Assembly: GCA_964393525.1 (NCBI GenBank)
Contig: CAYMTV010000001.1
Span: forward strand, 1,545-65,544
Length of the DNA stretch: 64,000 nt
Origin: an uncultured Gammaproteobacteria bacterium
GTDB lineage: Bacteria; Patescibacteriota; Microgenomatia; Daviesbacterales; UBA10151
Direction: 5' to 3'
Every line of letters begins with the position of its first letter. Position 1 is the stretch's first letter. Under the pieces are notes generated by a model. The model was not told the origin of the DNA and did no database searches. It saw only the letters and a list, made by a program, of their open reading frames with translations. Both the position numbers and the translations under genes were made by a program. Below are positions 1 through 9,843 of the stretch, one piece after another.

Positions 1-1
1 G

Positions 2-598
2 GATTATTTAGACCAACTGGATGAGACTGCGGGTAAAATTGGGGCGGTCAACTCGGTTTTAAATAAAAATGGAATTTTAAAAGGATTTAATACCGACTGG
101 ATTGGTGCGGTAACTGCTCTAAAACATAAAACCGAAATTTCGGGGAAAAAAGTTGCCTTGCTTGGGGCAGGTGGTGCAGCTAAAGCTATTGCTTATGGAG
201 TTACTAAGGAGGGTGGAAAGCTAATAATTTTTAACAGAACCTTGGAAAAAGCCAAAAGTTTAGCAGAACAATTTAATGCAGAATTTTCAAGTAATTATGA
301 TGATCTTAAAGACATGGATATAATTATTAACTCAACTTCGGTTGGGATGAATGATCCTGATGTCAGCCCCGTATCGAAAGGTTTGATTCATAAGGGACAG
401 GTTGTATTTGATATTGTGTACAAACAGCATGAGACAAAACTTTTACAGGATGCTAAGGAAAAGGGAGCTAAAATTGTGTATGGTATAGATATGCTTTTAT
501 TTCAGGGAGTTGCCCAGTTTGAATTATATACTGGTGTGGATGCTCCGATAGAAGAGATGCGGCGGGCACTTGAAAATGAGGTCGGCAATGGAGAGTAA
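2..598 (+). CDS. aroE: Shikimate dehydrogenase (5' end outside window)
   Basis: Frame open from base 2: GAVNS, GFNTDWIG, LGAGGAAKA, NSTSVGM, DIVY, GIDMLLFQG motifs; upstream of aroD and aroC. Confidence 0.93.
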   Translation, partial: DYLDQLDETAGKIGAVNSVLNKNGILKGFNTDWIGAVTALKHKTEISGKKVALLGAGGAAKAIAYGVTKEGGKLIIFNRTLEKAKSLAEQFNAEFSSNYDDLKDMDIIINSTSVGMNDPDVSPVSKGLIHKGQVVFDIVYKQHETKLLQDAKEKGAKIVYGIDMLLFQGVAQFELYTGVDAPIEEMRRALENEVGNGE

Positions 599-1271
599 TT
601 ATTGTTTGCCTATTATTGCCGGGACAAAAGAGACAGTGATTCAAAAGATCAGTGATCATTTTTCGGACTACTCATATTTTGAAATATGGTTGGACTATAT
701 TTCTGATTTGGATACGGATTTTATTGATTACCTAATTTCCAACTATGAAGAAAGGATTATATTTCTATTTCGCAGACAAAATCTGGAAGATATTAAAATG
801 AGTCTGGATCAAAGAGAAAAAATTATGTGGCAGGTTGCCAACTCAAAAGCTTTTTTAGATCTGGATTTCCTAACCCAAAAAGATGAACTAAGTTACTTAA
901 AAGAGAAAAACCTTAAACTAAATTTGATTTTGTCATTTCATGATTATGAAAAGACCCCTGGTTTTCCACAAATGATTGATATAGTGAGGGAAATGGAGGA
1001 TTACCATCCAAGCATATACAAATTTTCTTGCTTTTGTAATGATGATAAAGATGGTTTAAAATTACTTAATTTGTTAATGACTCTTAAAGAGGATGGAAAA
1101 AAATATATTGTTTTAGGGATGGGGCAAAGAGGAACTTTAACAAGGGTTGCGGGAGCACTTTGGGGCAATCAAATGAATTTTGTGCCAATTAGAAAAGATG
1201 AAGTATCTGCACCAGGACAATTAACAAAAGAAGAATTGGAGGAGGTTTTAAAAATTTTAGGTGGCAGGTAA
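588..1271 (+). CDS. aroD: Type I 3-dehydroquinate dehydratase
   Basis: [19 protein letters not shown]...TR, SAPGQL motifs; overlaps aroE stop. Confidence 0.88.
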   Translation: MESNYCLPIIAGTKETVIQKISDHFSDYSYFEIWLDYISDLDTDFIDYLISNYEERIIFLFRRQNLEDIKMSLDQREKIMWQVANSKAFLDLDFLTQKDELSYLKEKNLKLNLILSFHDYEKTPGFPQMIDIVREMEDYHPSIYKFSCFCNDDKDGLKLLNLLMTLKEDGKKYIVLGMGQRGTLTRVAGALWGNQMNFVPIRKDEVSAPGQLTKEELEEVLKILGGR

Positions 1272-2343
1272 CTCTTTTGGTGAAATTTTTAGAATAACAA
1301 CTTTTGGGGAATCCCATGGAGGGTGTGTGGGAGTAGTGGTTGATGGATGTCCTCCGGGGATAGAAATTTCGGAAGGTGAAATCCAAAAAGAGCTGGATAG
1401 AAGAAGACCCGGACAGTCTCGCATCACAACTCCCAGGAAAGAGGAAGATGAGGTTAAAATCATGTCTGGGTATTTTGAAGGAAAAACTACAGGGACTCCA
1501 ATTTTACTTTTGGCATATAACAAAGATATAAGGCCGGAGGATTATCAGGAAATGAAAAATTTATTCAGACCGGGGCATGCCGATTACACTTACATTAAAA
1601 AATATGGATTCAGGGATTGGCATGGGTCCGGTAGAGCCTCTGCTAGGGAAACCTTGGCTCGTGTTGCAGCAGGTGCTATTGCTAAAAAATATTTAAAAGA
1701 GAAATTAGGGATAGAATTTGTTAGTTATGTTGAACAAGTCGGAGATATAAAAACCGAGGTTGATTTTAATGATGTAACTTCCGAACAAGTAGAATCAAAT
1801 ATTGTTAGGTGTCCGGACATGCCAATTGCGGCCAAAATGATTGAATTAATTGAAAAAGTTAAATCAGATGGAGACTCAATTGGGGGGGTAATAAGAGGGC
1901 TAATTAAAAATGTCCCTGCAGGATTAGGTGAGCCGGTTTTTGATAAACTTCCTGCAGATTTGGGAAAAGCCATGCTTTCTATAAATGCTGTTAAGGGTTT
2001 TGAGATTGGTTCTGGATTTGAGGGAGTCAAGATGAGGGGATCAGAACATAATGATGTATTTGAAAATGTGAACGGCAAAATAAAAACCAAAACCAATTAT
2101 GCCGGAGGGACTTTAGGAGGAATTTCTAATGGAGAAACAATTCACTTTAGGGTAGCTTTTAAACCTGTTTCAACAATTTCCAAAATGCAAAATACGCTAG
2201 ATTTAGAGGGAAATGAAACAACTCTAGAAGCAGCCGGCAGACATGATCCTTGCGTTTTACCGCGGGCAGTCCCGATTGTTGAAGCCATGGCCGCTCTCGT
2301 AATAATGGATCACTACCTCCGCCACAAAGCCCAAAATTTATAA
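1261..2343 (+). CDS. aroC: Chorismate synthase
   Basis: GTG start; [29 protein letters not shown] signatures. Confidence 0.97.
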   Translation: MAGNSFGEIFRITTFGESHGGCVGVVVDGCPPGIEISEGEIQKELDRRRPGQSRITTPRKEEDEVKIMSGYFEGKTTGTPILLLAYNKDIRPEDYQEMKNLFRPGHADYTYIKKYGFRDWHGSGRASARETLARVAAGAIAKKYLKEKLGIEFVSYVEQVGDIKTEVDFNDVTSEQVESNIVRCPDMPIAAKMIELIEKVKSDGDSIGGVIRGLIKNVPAGLGEPVFDKLPADLGKAMLSINAVKGFEIGSGFEGVKMRGSEHNDVFENVNGKIKTKTNYAGGTLGGISNGETIHFRVAFKPVSTISKMQNTLDLEGNETTLEAAGRHDPCVLPRAVPIVEAMAALVIMDHYLRHKAQNL

Positions 2344-3122
2344 TGGATGAAAAAGTATTTGACATCCCATTCGGCAACCTTCAACTAAAAATCTCAGCAT
2401 TTATAAAAGACAATCCGGGTGAATGGATTTTGTTTTTGCATGGAATTCAATCAAATAAAAAGCTTTTCAATGAATTAATTGGGCAAGATTTTCTACAAAA
2501 ATATTCTATTCTTATAATTGATTTTGTTGGTTTTGGTAATTCCTCTAAACCAGAAGATTTTTCATATGATATTGCAGATCAGACTAAAGTTTGTAAAAAA
2601 ATTATTGAGCAGTTAGGAATTAAAAAGTTACATCTTATTGGACATAGCCTGGGAGGAATAGTAGGAACATTACTTTTAGAGTTATTAAAAGATAAGGTGA
2701 TTTCTTTTATCAATTTAGAGGGCAATCTAGTTTATGAGGATGCTGGTTTGAGTAGAGAAGTAGCAGAATACAGTTTTGAGGAATTTAATAATAAATATGA
2801 ACAAATAAAAAATGATATTAGAAATTCTAGTCAATCAAGTGCAGAGAAAAGAGGTGAATGGTTACAACAAATTCCTGATTATGTTTTTTATAAGACTTGT
2901 AGATCCATAATTGAATGGTCAAAGAAAGAGATTTTGTTCAAAACTTTTGTAGAATCAAAGGTAAAAAAACTTTTTGTCTATGGAGATCAAAATAAAGAAA
3001 AAGCAGATAAGTTACCTGATTCGATAGAAAAAGCCGAAATCCCAAATTCAGGCCATTTTATGCTACTAGATAACCCAACTATTTGCTCTCAACTTATAAG
3101 GAAATTTTTATCAAATCAATAA
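2343..3122 (+). CDS. Alpha/beta-fold hydrolase
   Basis: FLHG, GFGNS, GHSLGG nucleophile elbow, C-terminal SGHF. Confidence 0.85.
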   Translation: MDEKVFDIPFGNLQLKISAFIKDNPGEWILFLHGIQSNKKLFNELIGQDFLQKYSILIIDFVGFGNSSKPEDFSYDIADQTKVCKKIIEQLGIKKLHLIGHSLGGIVGTLLLELLKDKVISFINLEGNLVYEDAGLSREVAEYSFEEFNNKYEQIKNDIRNSSQSSAEKRGEWLQQIPDYVFYKTCRSIIEWSKKEILFKTFVESKVKKLFVYGDQNKEKADKLPDSIEKAEIPNSGHFMLLDNPTICSQLIRKFLSNQ

Positions 3123-3125
3123 ATC

Positions 3126-3299
3126 TTTGTACCAAAAATACGCAATAGCGTAAAAATGGTATAAATTTCAATAAATATCACACCTCGGAGGTGTGATAAA
3201 ATCCCAACTTGTCAACCTACTTCCAACTCGGAGTTGTCAAGCTAAAGAGGCTAAAAACTTTGGTACCAAAAGTTCACAGGTGTGAATAAATGGTACCAG
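3126..3299. repeat. Intergenic mosaic of short palindromes
   Basis: Two related hairpins (gtaccaaaa...aaatggta at ~3129-3161 and ~3263-3295), tatcacacctcggaggtgtgata (3176-3198), caactcggagttg (3224-3236). Confidence 0.6.
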
Positions 3300-3359
3300 T
3301 TTATTCTAATAGCTTTGTTATTGTATGCTTAGCTTCAGTTTGGTATCATCAACTCCATT

Positions 3360-4724
3360 ATGCAAAGAACTTTGGTTTTGGAATGTATCAACAAAATAGG
3401 GGAGACAGTAACTATTGCGGGATTTGTGCAAGTTAGAAGAGACCATGGGAAAATTGGCTTCATTGATGTTTCCGATAGGAGTGGGGTAGTGCAAGTCGTG
3501 GTTAACAGTGAGACTAAAGTAGAAGGTGTCAAGCTAAACCACCCGGAGGGTGTACTAGATTTGCATCCTCAGGATGTTGTTAGAGTTACTGGAAAAGTTT
3601 CAAAAAGACCTGAGAAGTTAGTAAATCCAAATTTAGAAACCGGAAAAATTGAACTTCAAGCGGAAAAGATAGAAATTTTATCCAAAGCGCAAGAACTTCC
3701 TTTTGATATGGGAGGGAAAGAGTTGGACTTACAACTGCCTACCCTGTTAGATTATAGAAGCCTTACTTTAAGACACCCAAAAGTCAAAGCAATTTTTAAG
3801 GTGCAAGCTGCAATTTTGAAAGGCTTCAGAAAAGCTGCAAAAGAGTTAGATTGTACAGAAATAGTTGTTCCGGAAATTGCAGCATCCTCAACCGAAGGCG
3901 GAGCAGAGGTTTTCAAGGTTGATTATTATGGCCATCAAGCTTTTATGACCCAGTCACCCCAACTTTATAAACAGATGCTGGTGCCGGTATTTGAACGGGT
4001 GTTTACTATTGCTCATGCATACCGGGCAGAGCCATCAGTTACAACCAGACACTTATCAGTTGCTACTCAACTTGATTGTGAATTGGGGTTTGTAGATTTT
4101 GAAGAACTTCTAAATCTTTTAGAGCAGGTAGCTGTGGAAACTTTAAAACATGTCCAGGATACTTGTTCGGATATTTTTAAAGAATGGAACTTAAGAGAAA
4201 TTGCCTTTGGTAAGATTCCCCGACTGACCTTAAGAGAAGCTCAGGAAATTATTTTTAAAGAATTTGGTAGGGACAATAGGAAGGAAAAAGACTTAACACC
4301 CCAGGATGAAATAGATATTTGCAAATGGGCGCAGGAAAAACATCAAAGTGATTTTGTAACAATTACTAAATTTCCTATGGCAGCTAAACCCTTTTATACC
4401 ATGCCCGATCCAGAGAATTCTGAATATAGCTTAAGTTATGATTTATTATTCCGTGGTTTAGAAATTTTAAGCGGCAGTCAAAGACAACATGATTATCAAA
4501 AATTAGTCGATGCAATAAAAGCCAAAGGGATGGATCCTAAAAGTTTTGAGATGTATTTGCAGGCTTTTAAATATGGTATGCCCCCTGAGGGAGGTTTTTC
4601 GTTTGGTTTAGAAAGAATGACTATGCATGTTTTGGAGCTAAAGAATGTTAGGGAAGGAAGCCTTTTCCCCAGGGATATGGAAAGGGTAGATGTTAGACTT
4701 TCCAAATTAGAAGAAGATTCGTAA
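3360..4724 (+). CDS. aspS: Aspartate--tRNA ligase, short archaeal-type, probably non-discriminating Asp/Asn
   Basis: N-terminal OB fold, QSPQLYKQ, YRAEPS, EILSGSQR, GMPPEGGFSFGLER; 454 aa without the bacterial insertion domain. Confidence 0.9.
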   Translation: MQRTLVLECINKIGETVTIAGFVQVRRDHGKIGFIDVSDRSGVVQVVVNSETKVEGVKLNHPEGVLDLHPQDVVRVTGKVSKRPEKLVNPNLETGKIELQAEKIEILSKAQELPFDMGGKELDLQLPTLLDYRSLTLRHPKVKAIFKVQAAILKGFRKAAKELDCTEIVVPEIAASSTEGGAEVFKVDYYGHQAFMTQSPQLYKQMLVPVFERVFTIAHAYRAEPSVTTRHLSVATQLDCELGFVDFEELLNLLEQVAVETLKHVQDTCSDIFKEWNLREIAFGKIPRLTLREAQEIIFKEFGRDNRKEKDLTPQDEIDICKWAQEKHQSDFVTITKFPMAAKPFYTMPDPENSEYSLSYDLLFRGLEILSGSQRQHDYQKLVDAIKAKGMDPKSFEMYLQAFKYGMPPEGGFSFGLERMTMHVLELKNVREGSLFPRDMERVDVRLSKLEEDS

Positions 4725-4743
4725 CCACTCTAATCTGTCCAGT

Positions 4744-5712
4744 ATGAAAATCAAAAAGGAAAAATTTCAAAAACTAATTCTTATAGTCTATCTTTTGAGC
4801 GCTTTTTTGCTTTCGACAGGCTTTTTAATTGCAACTTCTAAAGCCTCAAATATCATTGAAGGAAAAATTACTTTTTTAGGAAACCAAAAGCAGGATAAAG
4901 TCAAACCTATTATTTCAAATGTTGCAGGTGCTGAAAACGAAGAGGTGGTCAACATTGTAGATAAAAAATTACCACACCCCAAGATTAGTGCGAGAGCGGC
5001 TTTAGTTGAAGATTTTGAAAGCGGGACAATACTTTATCAAAAGAATATTTTTGACCCGCTCCCTCCTGCTTCAACAACAAAAATAATGACAGCGCTTATT
5101 GCCAGTGAACACTTTAAACCCGGGGATGTATTAACTGTTCCGTCGGAGGCATTGGTTGGCGGTTCCTCAATGGGTGCTGTGGCAGGGGAAAGGTTATCTT
5201 TTAGAAGTTTACTTTACGGAATGATGTTAAACTCGGGTAATGATGCGGCTTATACTATTGCTTGGAATTTCCCTGGTGGTGTCGGGGCATTCATAGATAG
5301 AATGAATCAAAAAGCATCCGAATTGGGACTTAAAAACACCCATTTTGAAAACCCGGCAGGTTTTGATAGTTCAAATCATTTTTCTTCAGCTTCCGATTTG
5401 GCCAAGCTTGCAAAAATTGTTGCAGAAGACTATCAGATGGCAAAAGTTGTTTCTACCAAGGAAACATCGGTTGCTTCATGGGATAAAACAAACCAGCATA
5501 TATTAAAAAATTTAAACAAACTCCTGGAAGAAGATGGGGTAGTGGGAATAAAAACCGGCTATACTGAAAACGCCAAGGAAAACTTAGTTGGTCTTATTGA
5601 GAGGGATGGACATAAAATACTGACAGTTATCTTAAACAGCGATGACAGATTTGGGGAAACCAAAACTTTGATTGACTGGGTTGAGCAAAATTACAGCTGG
5701 GTAAAAAATTAA
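4744..5712 (+). CDS. D-alanyl-D-alanine carboxypeptidase (peptidase S11)
   Basis: N-terminal membrane anchor; PASTTK (SxxK), SGNDAA (SxN), KTG. Confidence 0.9.
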   Translation: MKIKKEKFQKLILIVYLLSAFLLSTGFLIATSKASNIIEGKITFLGNQKQDKVKPIISNVAGAENEEVVNIVDKKLPHPKISARAALVEDFESGTILYQKNIFDPLPPASTTKIMTALIASEHFKPGDVLTVPSEALVGGSSMGAVAGERLSFRSLLYGMMLNSGNDAAYTIAWNFPGGVGAFIDRMNQKASELGLKNTHFENPAGFDSSNHFSSASDLAKLAKIVAEDYQMAKVVSTKETSVASWDKTNQHILKNLNKLLEEDGVVGIKTGYTENAKENLVGLIERDGHKILTVILNSDDRFGETKTLIDWVEQNYSWVKN

Positions 5713-6758
5713 TTTGTGGCCTCTTCTTTGGCAAAATACTCATCCTGGATTGCAGGAACTAAAGCCACAAACCCGTCTCCCTCAAAAACATAAATAGGTT
5801 GCAGATATTTAGTGTATTTATCTGAGAGCAAGTAAGCCAGATAGATAGAAGACAGGTCAATTTTTCTGCCGGGCGGACTCACTACAACTACCCCTTTGCC
5901 TTCTTGCAGCTCATTAAACGCAGTTTCGGCATTTTTAATAGGGTAGGTAGCAAGATTCGTTTGATCAATTGACCAATAGGTGTAATTTAATTTTAAATAC
6001 TTGTTCCTTTCTTCAGTATATTTTGTCACTGTTGCTTTAATTAACCCTTGGGTAAATTCTTTAGTAATTATCGGGTAGCGGATTTCGTCGTCAACTAAAT
6101 CACTTTGCCAAAGGGTTACTTCTGCCTGATCACTTTCCTGTTGGGTTGCTCCATTATAGAAAACCTTGGACCCCCCTCCTCTAAGATCTTCCGGAAGTAA
6201 GCCCAGAGTGCCTAAGAAAGATTTAAATTCACTAACAATCTTTCCCTGATCGCCCACAATTTCATCCTGGAAGGTTGCACTTTCGGTAGAGATTGTTCTG
6301 GTAAACTCAAAGTTACCGGTATCCAAATCTACCCTCATCTCTCCGCCCAAATTATCAGTAAATCTGTAAAGAGTTGGGTTGATAATTTCGGGAACAGAGT
6401 CAAACTCCAGCTTTTGTGCCAAACCTTTTGCCCTATCTGATGAAAGAAGCGTAGTTCCAAGCTTTGATATAAAATAAACCTTCATCAGTGTTGGAGTATT
6501 TGACGGGAGGTTGCCGGTTTCAGTAACAAGCTCATATGTATAATCCGATGATGGAGATTGTCCCTGACCCAAATCAGGTCTTGGCAGGAGGTTGAATTTT
6601 GTATCGGCTTTTTCCTGAGGCGGTGGTATTTTAGAGCGCTGATAATTAATGTACCAGTTGAGTCCTATCCAGGCAGAACCCAGCAGCACAATTACAATTA
6701 AGCCAATAACGAACCCTTTTTTGGTAAGGGCGGCAGTTTGAGTTAGAGTTAGCGCCAT
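5709..6758 (-). CDS. Hypothetical single-pass membrane protein
   Basis: 349-aa ORF; N-terminal TM helix; C-terminal YLAY...YLQPIYVFEG motif. Confidence 0.75.
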   Translation of the reverse strand: MALTLTQTAALTKKGFVIGLIVIVLLGSAWIGLNWYINYQRSKIPPPQEKADTKFNLLPRPDLGQGQSPSSDYTYELVTETGNLPSNTPTLMKVYFISKLGTTLLSSDRAKGLAQKLEFDSVPEIINPTLYRFTDNLGGEMRVDLDTGNFEFTRTISTESATFQDEIVGDQGKIVSEFKSFLGTLGLLPEDLRGGGSKVFYNGATQQESDQAEVTLWQSDLVDDEIRYPIITKEFTQGLIKATVTKYTEERNKYLKLNYTYWSIDQTNLATYPIKNAETAFNELQEGKGVVVVSPPGRKIDLSSIYLAYLLSDKYTKYLQPIYVFEGDGFVALVPAIQDEYFAKEEATN

Positions 6759-6810
6759 AAAGAATCTTTCTGTGTTCTGAAAGTAATTATCTCAGTATAA
6801 TAGCTTGAGT

Positions 6811-8277
6811 ATGAGTGTTCGGACAAGAATGGCACCATCACCAACCGGTAATCTTCATTTGGGAACTGCTTATGCAACATTGTGGCCATATATATTTGCC
6901 CGCAAAAATGAGCGAAGCTCTTCTTCGAATAATGGGGCATTTATCTTAAGAATTGAAGACACAGACAGAGAAAGATCAACCAAGGAATTTGAAGCAAATA
7001 TTATTGAGGGTCTAGGTTGGTTGGGTTTTTCTTGGGATGAGGGACCATTCCATCAGATGGATAGGTTAGACCTGTACAAAAAGCATGTTGATGAGCTGAT
7101 AGCTTCCAATCAGGCTTACTTTTGCTTTTGCACTAAAGAAGAGTTAGAGGAGGAAAAAAAGAAACAAGCAGAAGCGCACCTGCCGCAGACTTACTCTGGA
7201 AAGTGCCGAAGATTAACAAAAGCAGAAGTTGATCAAAAGAAAAAAGATGGAGTGCCGTATGTGATCCGTTTTAAACTTGCCGAAGAAAGGGGAGTAATAG
7301 AATATCAAGATTTAATCCATGGGAAAATCTCATTTGATTCAAAACTGATTGGTGATACCGTGATCATGCGTCAAAACGGGATTCCTTTATATAACTTCGC
7401 AGTAGTAGTTGATGATATTGATATGGGGATCACCCATGTTATCCGCGGCGATGATCATATCTCAAATACACCAAAACAGATTTTACTCTGGGAAGCATTT
7501 AAAAAGGAACTTCCAAAGTTTGGTCACTATCCGGTGCTACTCAATCAGGATAGATCAGGAAAACTTTCCAAAAGGACCGGATCAGTTTCACTGGATTGGT
7601 ATAAGCATGAAGGATATTTACCGGAAGCGGTTATAAATTATCTGGCCCTTTTAGGATGGACTCCGCCAAATAATAAAGAAATTTTGAACCTAGATCAGAT
7701 AATCGAGCTTTTTGATATTTCGGATATGAACAAAGCAGCAGCTGCCTGGAATGAGCAAAAACTTGATTGGATTAATGGGGAATATATTAGAAAGATGAGC
7801 GATGAAGAGTTAACAAAAAGATTACAAGAGTATTTGGTAGACCATCCGGCTCAAGAAAAAATAGCAATGGTTGTGCCGCTTATTAAAGAACGGATCAAGA
7901 AGCTTTCGGATTTTGTACCCTTGGCAAACTTTTTATTTCAGAAACCCGAATATGACAAACAAGTTTTTGATAAGGTTAAGATTGAAAGCGTGAAAAATGT
8001 CTTAAATAGGGTAGTGGAGGAGCTTCAGAAGATGGAAAAACCTTGGACCTCGGAGAATTTTGAGAATACATTTAAGAAACTGGCAGAAGAATTAAAAATT
8101 TCAAATTTGGATATGTTTCAATTAATCCGTTTAGCTGTCTCTGGACAACTTGTCAGCCCTCCCCTATTTGAATCTATCCAGATTTTGGGTGAAGAGGAAA
8201 CTTTAGAGAGAATTAAATATGTCATAGAAACTTATCCTAATTTCCCCTATCAAAAACCAGTAGCTGATCGATTTTAG
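6811..8277 (+). CDS. gltX: Glutamate--tRNA ligase
   Basis: RMAPSPTGNLHLG (HIGH-like), LRIEDTD, KLSKR, C-terminal anticodon-binding domain. Confidence 0.96.
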   Translation: MSVRTRMAPSPTGNLHLGTAYATLWPYIFARKNERSSSSNNGAFILRIEDTDRERSTKEFEANIIEGLGWLGFSWDEGPFHQMDRLDLYKKHVDELIASNQAYFCFCTKEELEEEKKKQAEAHLPQTYSGKCRRLTKAEVDQKKKDGVPYVIRFKLAEERGVIEYQDLIHGKISFDSKLIGDTVIMRQNGIPLYNFAVVVDDIDMGITHVIRGDDHISNTPKQILLWEAFKKELPKFGHYPVLLNQDRSGKLSKRTGSVSLDWYKHEGYLPEAVINYLALLGWTPPNNKEILNLDQIIELFDISDMNKAAAAWNEQKLDWINGEYIRKMSDEELTKRLQEYLVDHPAQEKIAMVVPLIKERIKKLSDFVPLANFLFQKPEYDKQVFDKVKIESVKNVLNRVVEELQKMEKPWTSENFENTFKKLAEELKISNLDMFQLIRLAVSGQLVSPPLFESIQILGEEETLERIKYVIETYPNFPYQKPVADRF

Positions 8278-8581
8278 CAGCCATGATGAAATCATTTTCG
8301 TGAAGTCCTTTGATAAAGTGAGTGGCCAAAGTAATAGTAACTTTGTTATAAACAATTGTGATATTTGGATGGTGGCCTTCTTCTTCTGCAAGATCAGCAA
8401 CTTTATTTACAAAATCAATAGCCGCTCTAAAAGTTTTGAATTCAAATTTTTTCTTTATTTTTAAATTATCCTCTGTAACCCACCCCCCTACTTGTTTTAA
8501 CATTTTCTGTACTCCCCCCGGTTCCATAGGAGGAACCCATGTCTCACAAGGGATACATTTTTTAGAAGCAAGGTCAGACAT
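8237..8581 (-). CDS. Pterin-4-alpha-carbinolamine dehydratase family protein
   Basis: KCIPC, AEEEGHHPNI, THFIKGLHENDFIMAAKID. Confidence 0.9.
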   Translation of the reverse strand: MSDLASKKCIPCETWVPPMEPGGVQKMLKQVGGWVTEDNLKIKKKFEFKTFRAAIDFVNKVADLAEEEGHHPNITIVYNKVTITLATHFIKGLHENDFIMAAKIDQLLVFDRGN

Positions 8582-8625
8582 AGTCTGATTATACACTTAT
8601 CTTGTGGTAAAATTTACAAGTTCAA

Positions 8626-8696
8626 TGCGGGATCGTCTAACGGCAGGACGATAGCCTCTGGAGCTATCTATCTTGGTTCGAATCCAAGTCCCGCAG
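8626..8696 (+). tRNA. tRNA-Gln (anticodon CTG)
   Basis: Acceptor tgcggga/tcccgca, anticodon arm atagc-ctCTGga-gctat, T-arm cttgg-ttcgaat-ccaag; CCA not encoded. Confidence 0.95.
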
Positions 8697-8740
8697 CTTT
8701 GAAAATAAACCACCTATAAAGGGTGGTCAATTTTCAAATA

Positions 8741-8959
8741 CGGGATATTTGGATTCTAACCCGCGATTTGCAAAAAAAGTTAGGATAGTTAAATTTCTAT
8801 TTTTACAACTAAAGCTTAAGTTTTACTGAAGGAAGCGGGTTCGGCCCTGAGCGAACCTGTGGTGAGCGTAGTCGTACTTCGAGTTCCCTCAGTATGACCC
8901 TGAGTGTTAATCGAATGGGTCGAACCAGTCGAAGGGGGTGTGTTATCCAAGTCCCGCAG
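8741..8959. repeat. Inverted and direct copies of the tRNA-Gln 3' end
   Basis: atccaagtcccgcag at 8682-8696 repeated exactly at 8945-8959; imperfect inverted copy cgggatatttggattctaacccgc at 8741-8764. Confidence 0.8.
8845..8936. mobile_element. Nested miniature palindromic elements (ccctgagcg...gtcgaaggg family)
   Basis: Outer ccctgagcgaa...gtcgaaggg; middle tggtgagcgtagtc...gaacca; inner 48-bp unit flanked by duplicated gtcg (8871-8874, 8919-8922). Confidence 0.7.
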
Positions 8960-9138
8960 TTAATTTGTAATATTTCAGCTACAAGCTTGTGTTAATGGCC
9001 CAAAGCTGGTAAAATTAGTTTACTTATTAATGCTAAGAATTTAAGATATAAAAAGCTAAAGCCTTCTGCTTTACTTCTTTTTCTTCCTAAAGTACTTTCA
9101 TTAAAGAATTTAAAAAAGAAAGGCGGTGAAAACTAAAA

Positions 9139-9495
9139 ATGACCAAATTATTTGTTGGGGGTATACCCTATTCACTAACAAATCAAAAGTTGGAAGAAAT
9201 GTTTGCAAAGTTTGGAACGGTAAGTTCAGCGCAGATCATAATGGATAAGTTTACTAACCAAAGCAAAGGGTTCGCTTTTGTAGAAATGCAAAATGACGAT
9301 GAAGCCCAAGCAGCTATCAAAGAACTTGATGGTTACGGTTTGGAAGGGCGCAAAATTGGCGTATCCGTTGCCAGACCCAGAGAAGATCATCAAGGCAATA
9401 GGCAAGGCTTTTCTTCGAATAATAGAAACAACTTTCGGCGTGATAACTTTAGAAAAGGAGGCAGTAGCTTCCTTAGAGGTAGTCACAGAAGATAA
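9139..9495 (+). CDS. RRM-type RNA-binding protein with R/G/N-rich tail
   Basis: RNP2 KLFVGGI, RNP1 KGFAFVEM. Confidence 0.93.
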   Translation: MTKLFVGGIPYSLTNQKLEEMFAKFGTVSSAQIIMDKFTNQSKGFAFVEMQNDDEAQAAIKELDGYGLEGRKIGVSVARPREDHQGNRQGFSSNNRNNFRRDNFRKGGSSFLRGSHRR

Positions 9496-9512
9496 ACCAA
9501 GAAAGATAATTT

Positions 9513-9800
9513 TTGAAAATACCAATAAGATCTATTCGTCCTAATATTAGGTTGGCCAATCAAGAAAAAACCGAAGAGCGGGAAATTTGGCATAAACTTG
9601 TTGTAAAAATAATAAGCTGGAAGAGCGGTTTACTTGAAGGCGGCCTGATTAAGGCAACAGATAAAATTACCCCAAAAGAATGGAATACCTACCATAAAGG
9701 TAGAGTAAAAATTAGCTCTGATTTCGGCAAGGACAAGGTGAGGTCCAGTTTAAAAGAGATTAAGGCTTTTATTAAAAAACAGGGCGGGTTTGCGGAGTAA
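9513..9800 (+). CDS. Hypothetical protein
   Basis: 95-aa ORF with TTG start filling the gap between the RRM and CAP genes; no motif recognised. Confidence 0.4.
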   Translation: MKIPIRSIRPNIRLANQEKTEEREIWHKLVVKIISWKSGLLEGGLIKATDKITPKEWNTYHKGRVKISSDFGKDKVRSSLKEIKAFIKKQGGFAE

Positions 9801-9843
9801 TTTTTGGACGGCTTACTTGAAATGGTTTGATATTATAGTAGGG

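Noticed and set aside
8697-8959. Prophage or integrative element at tRNA-Gln
   Set aside because: The duplicated ends enclose only about 250 bp with no integrase or phage genes; kept only as a scar/repeat
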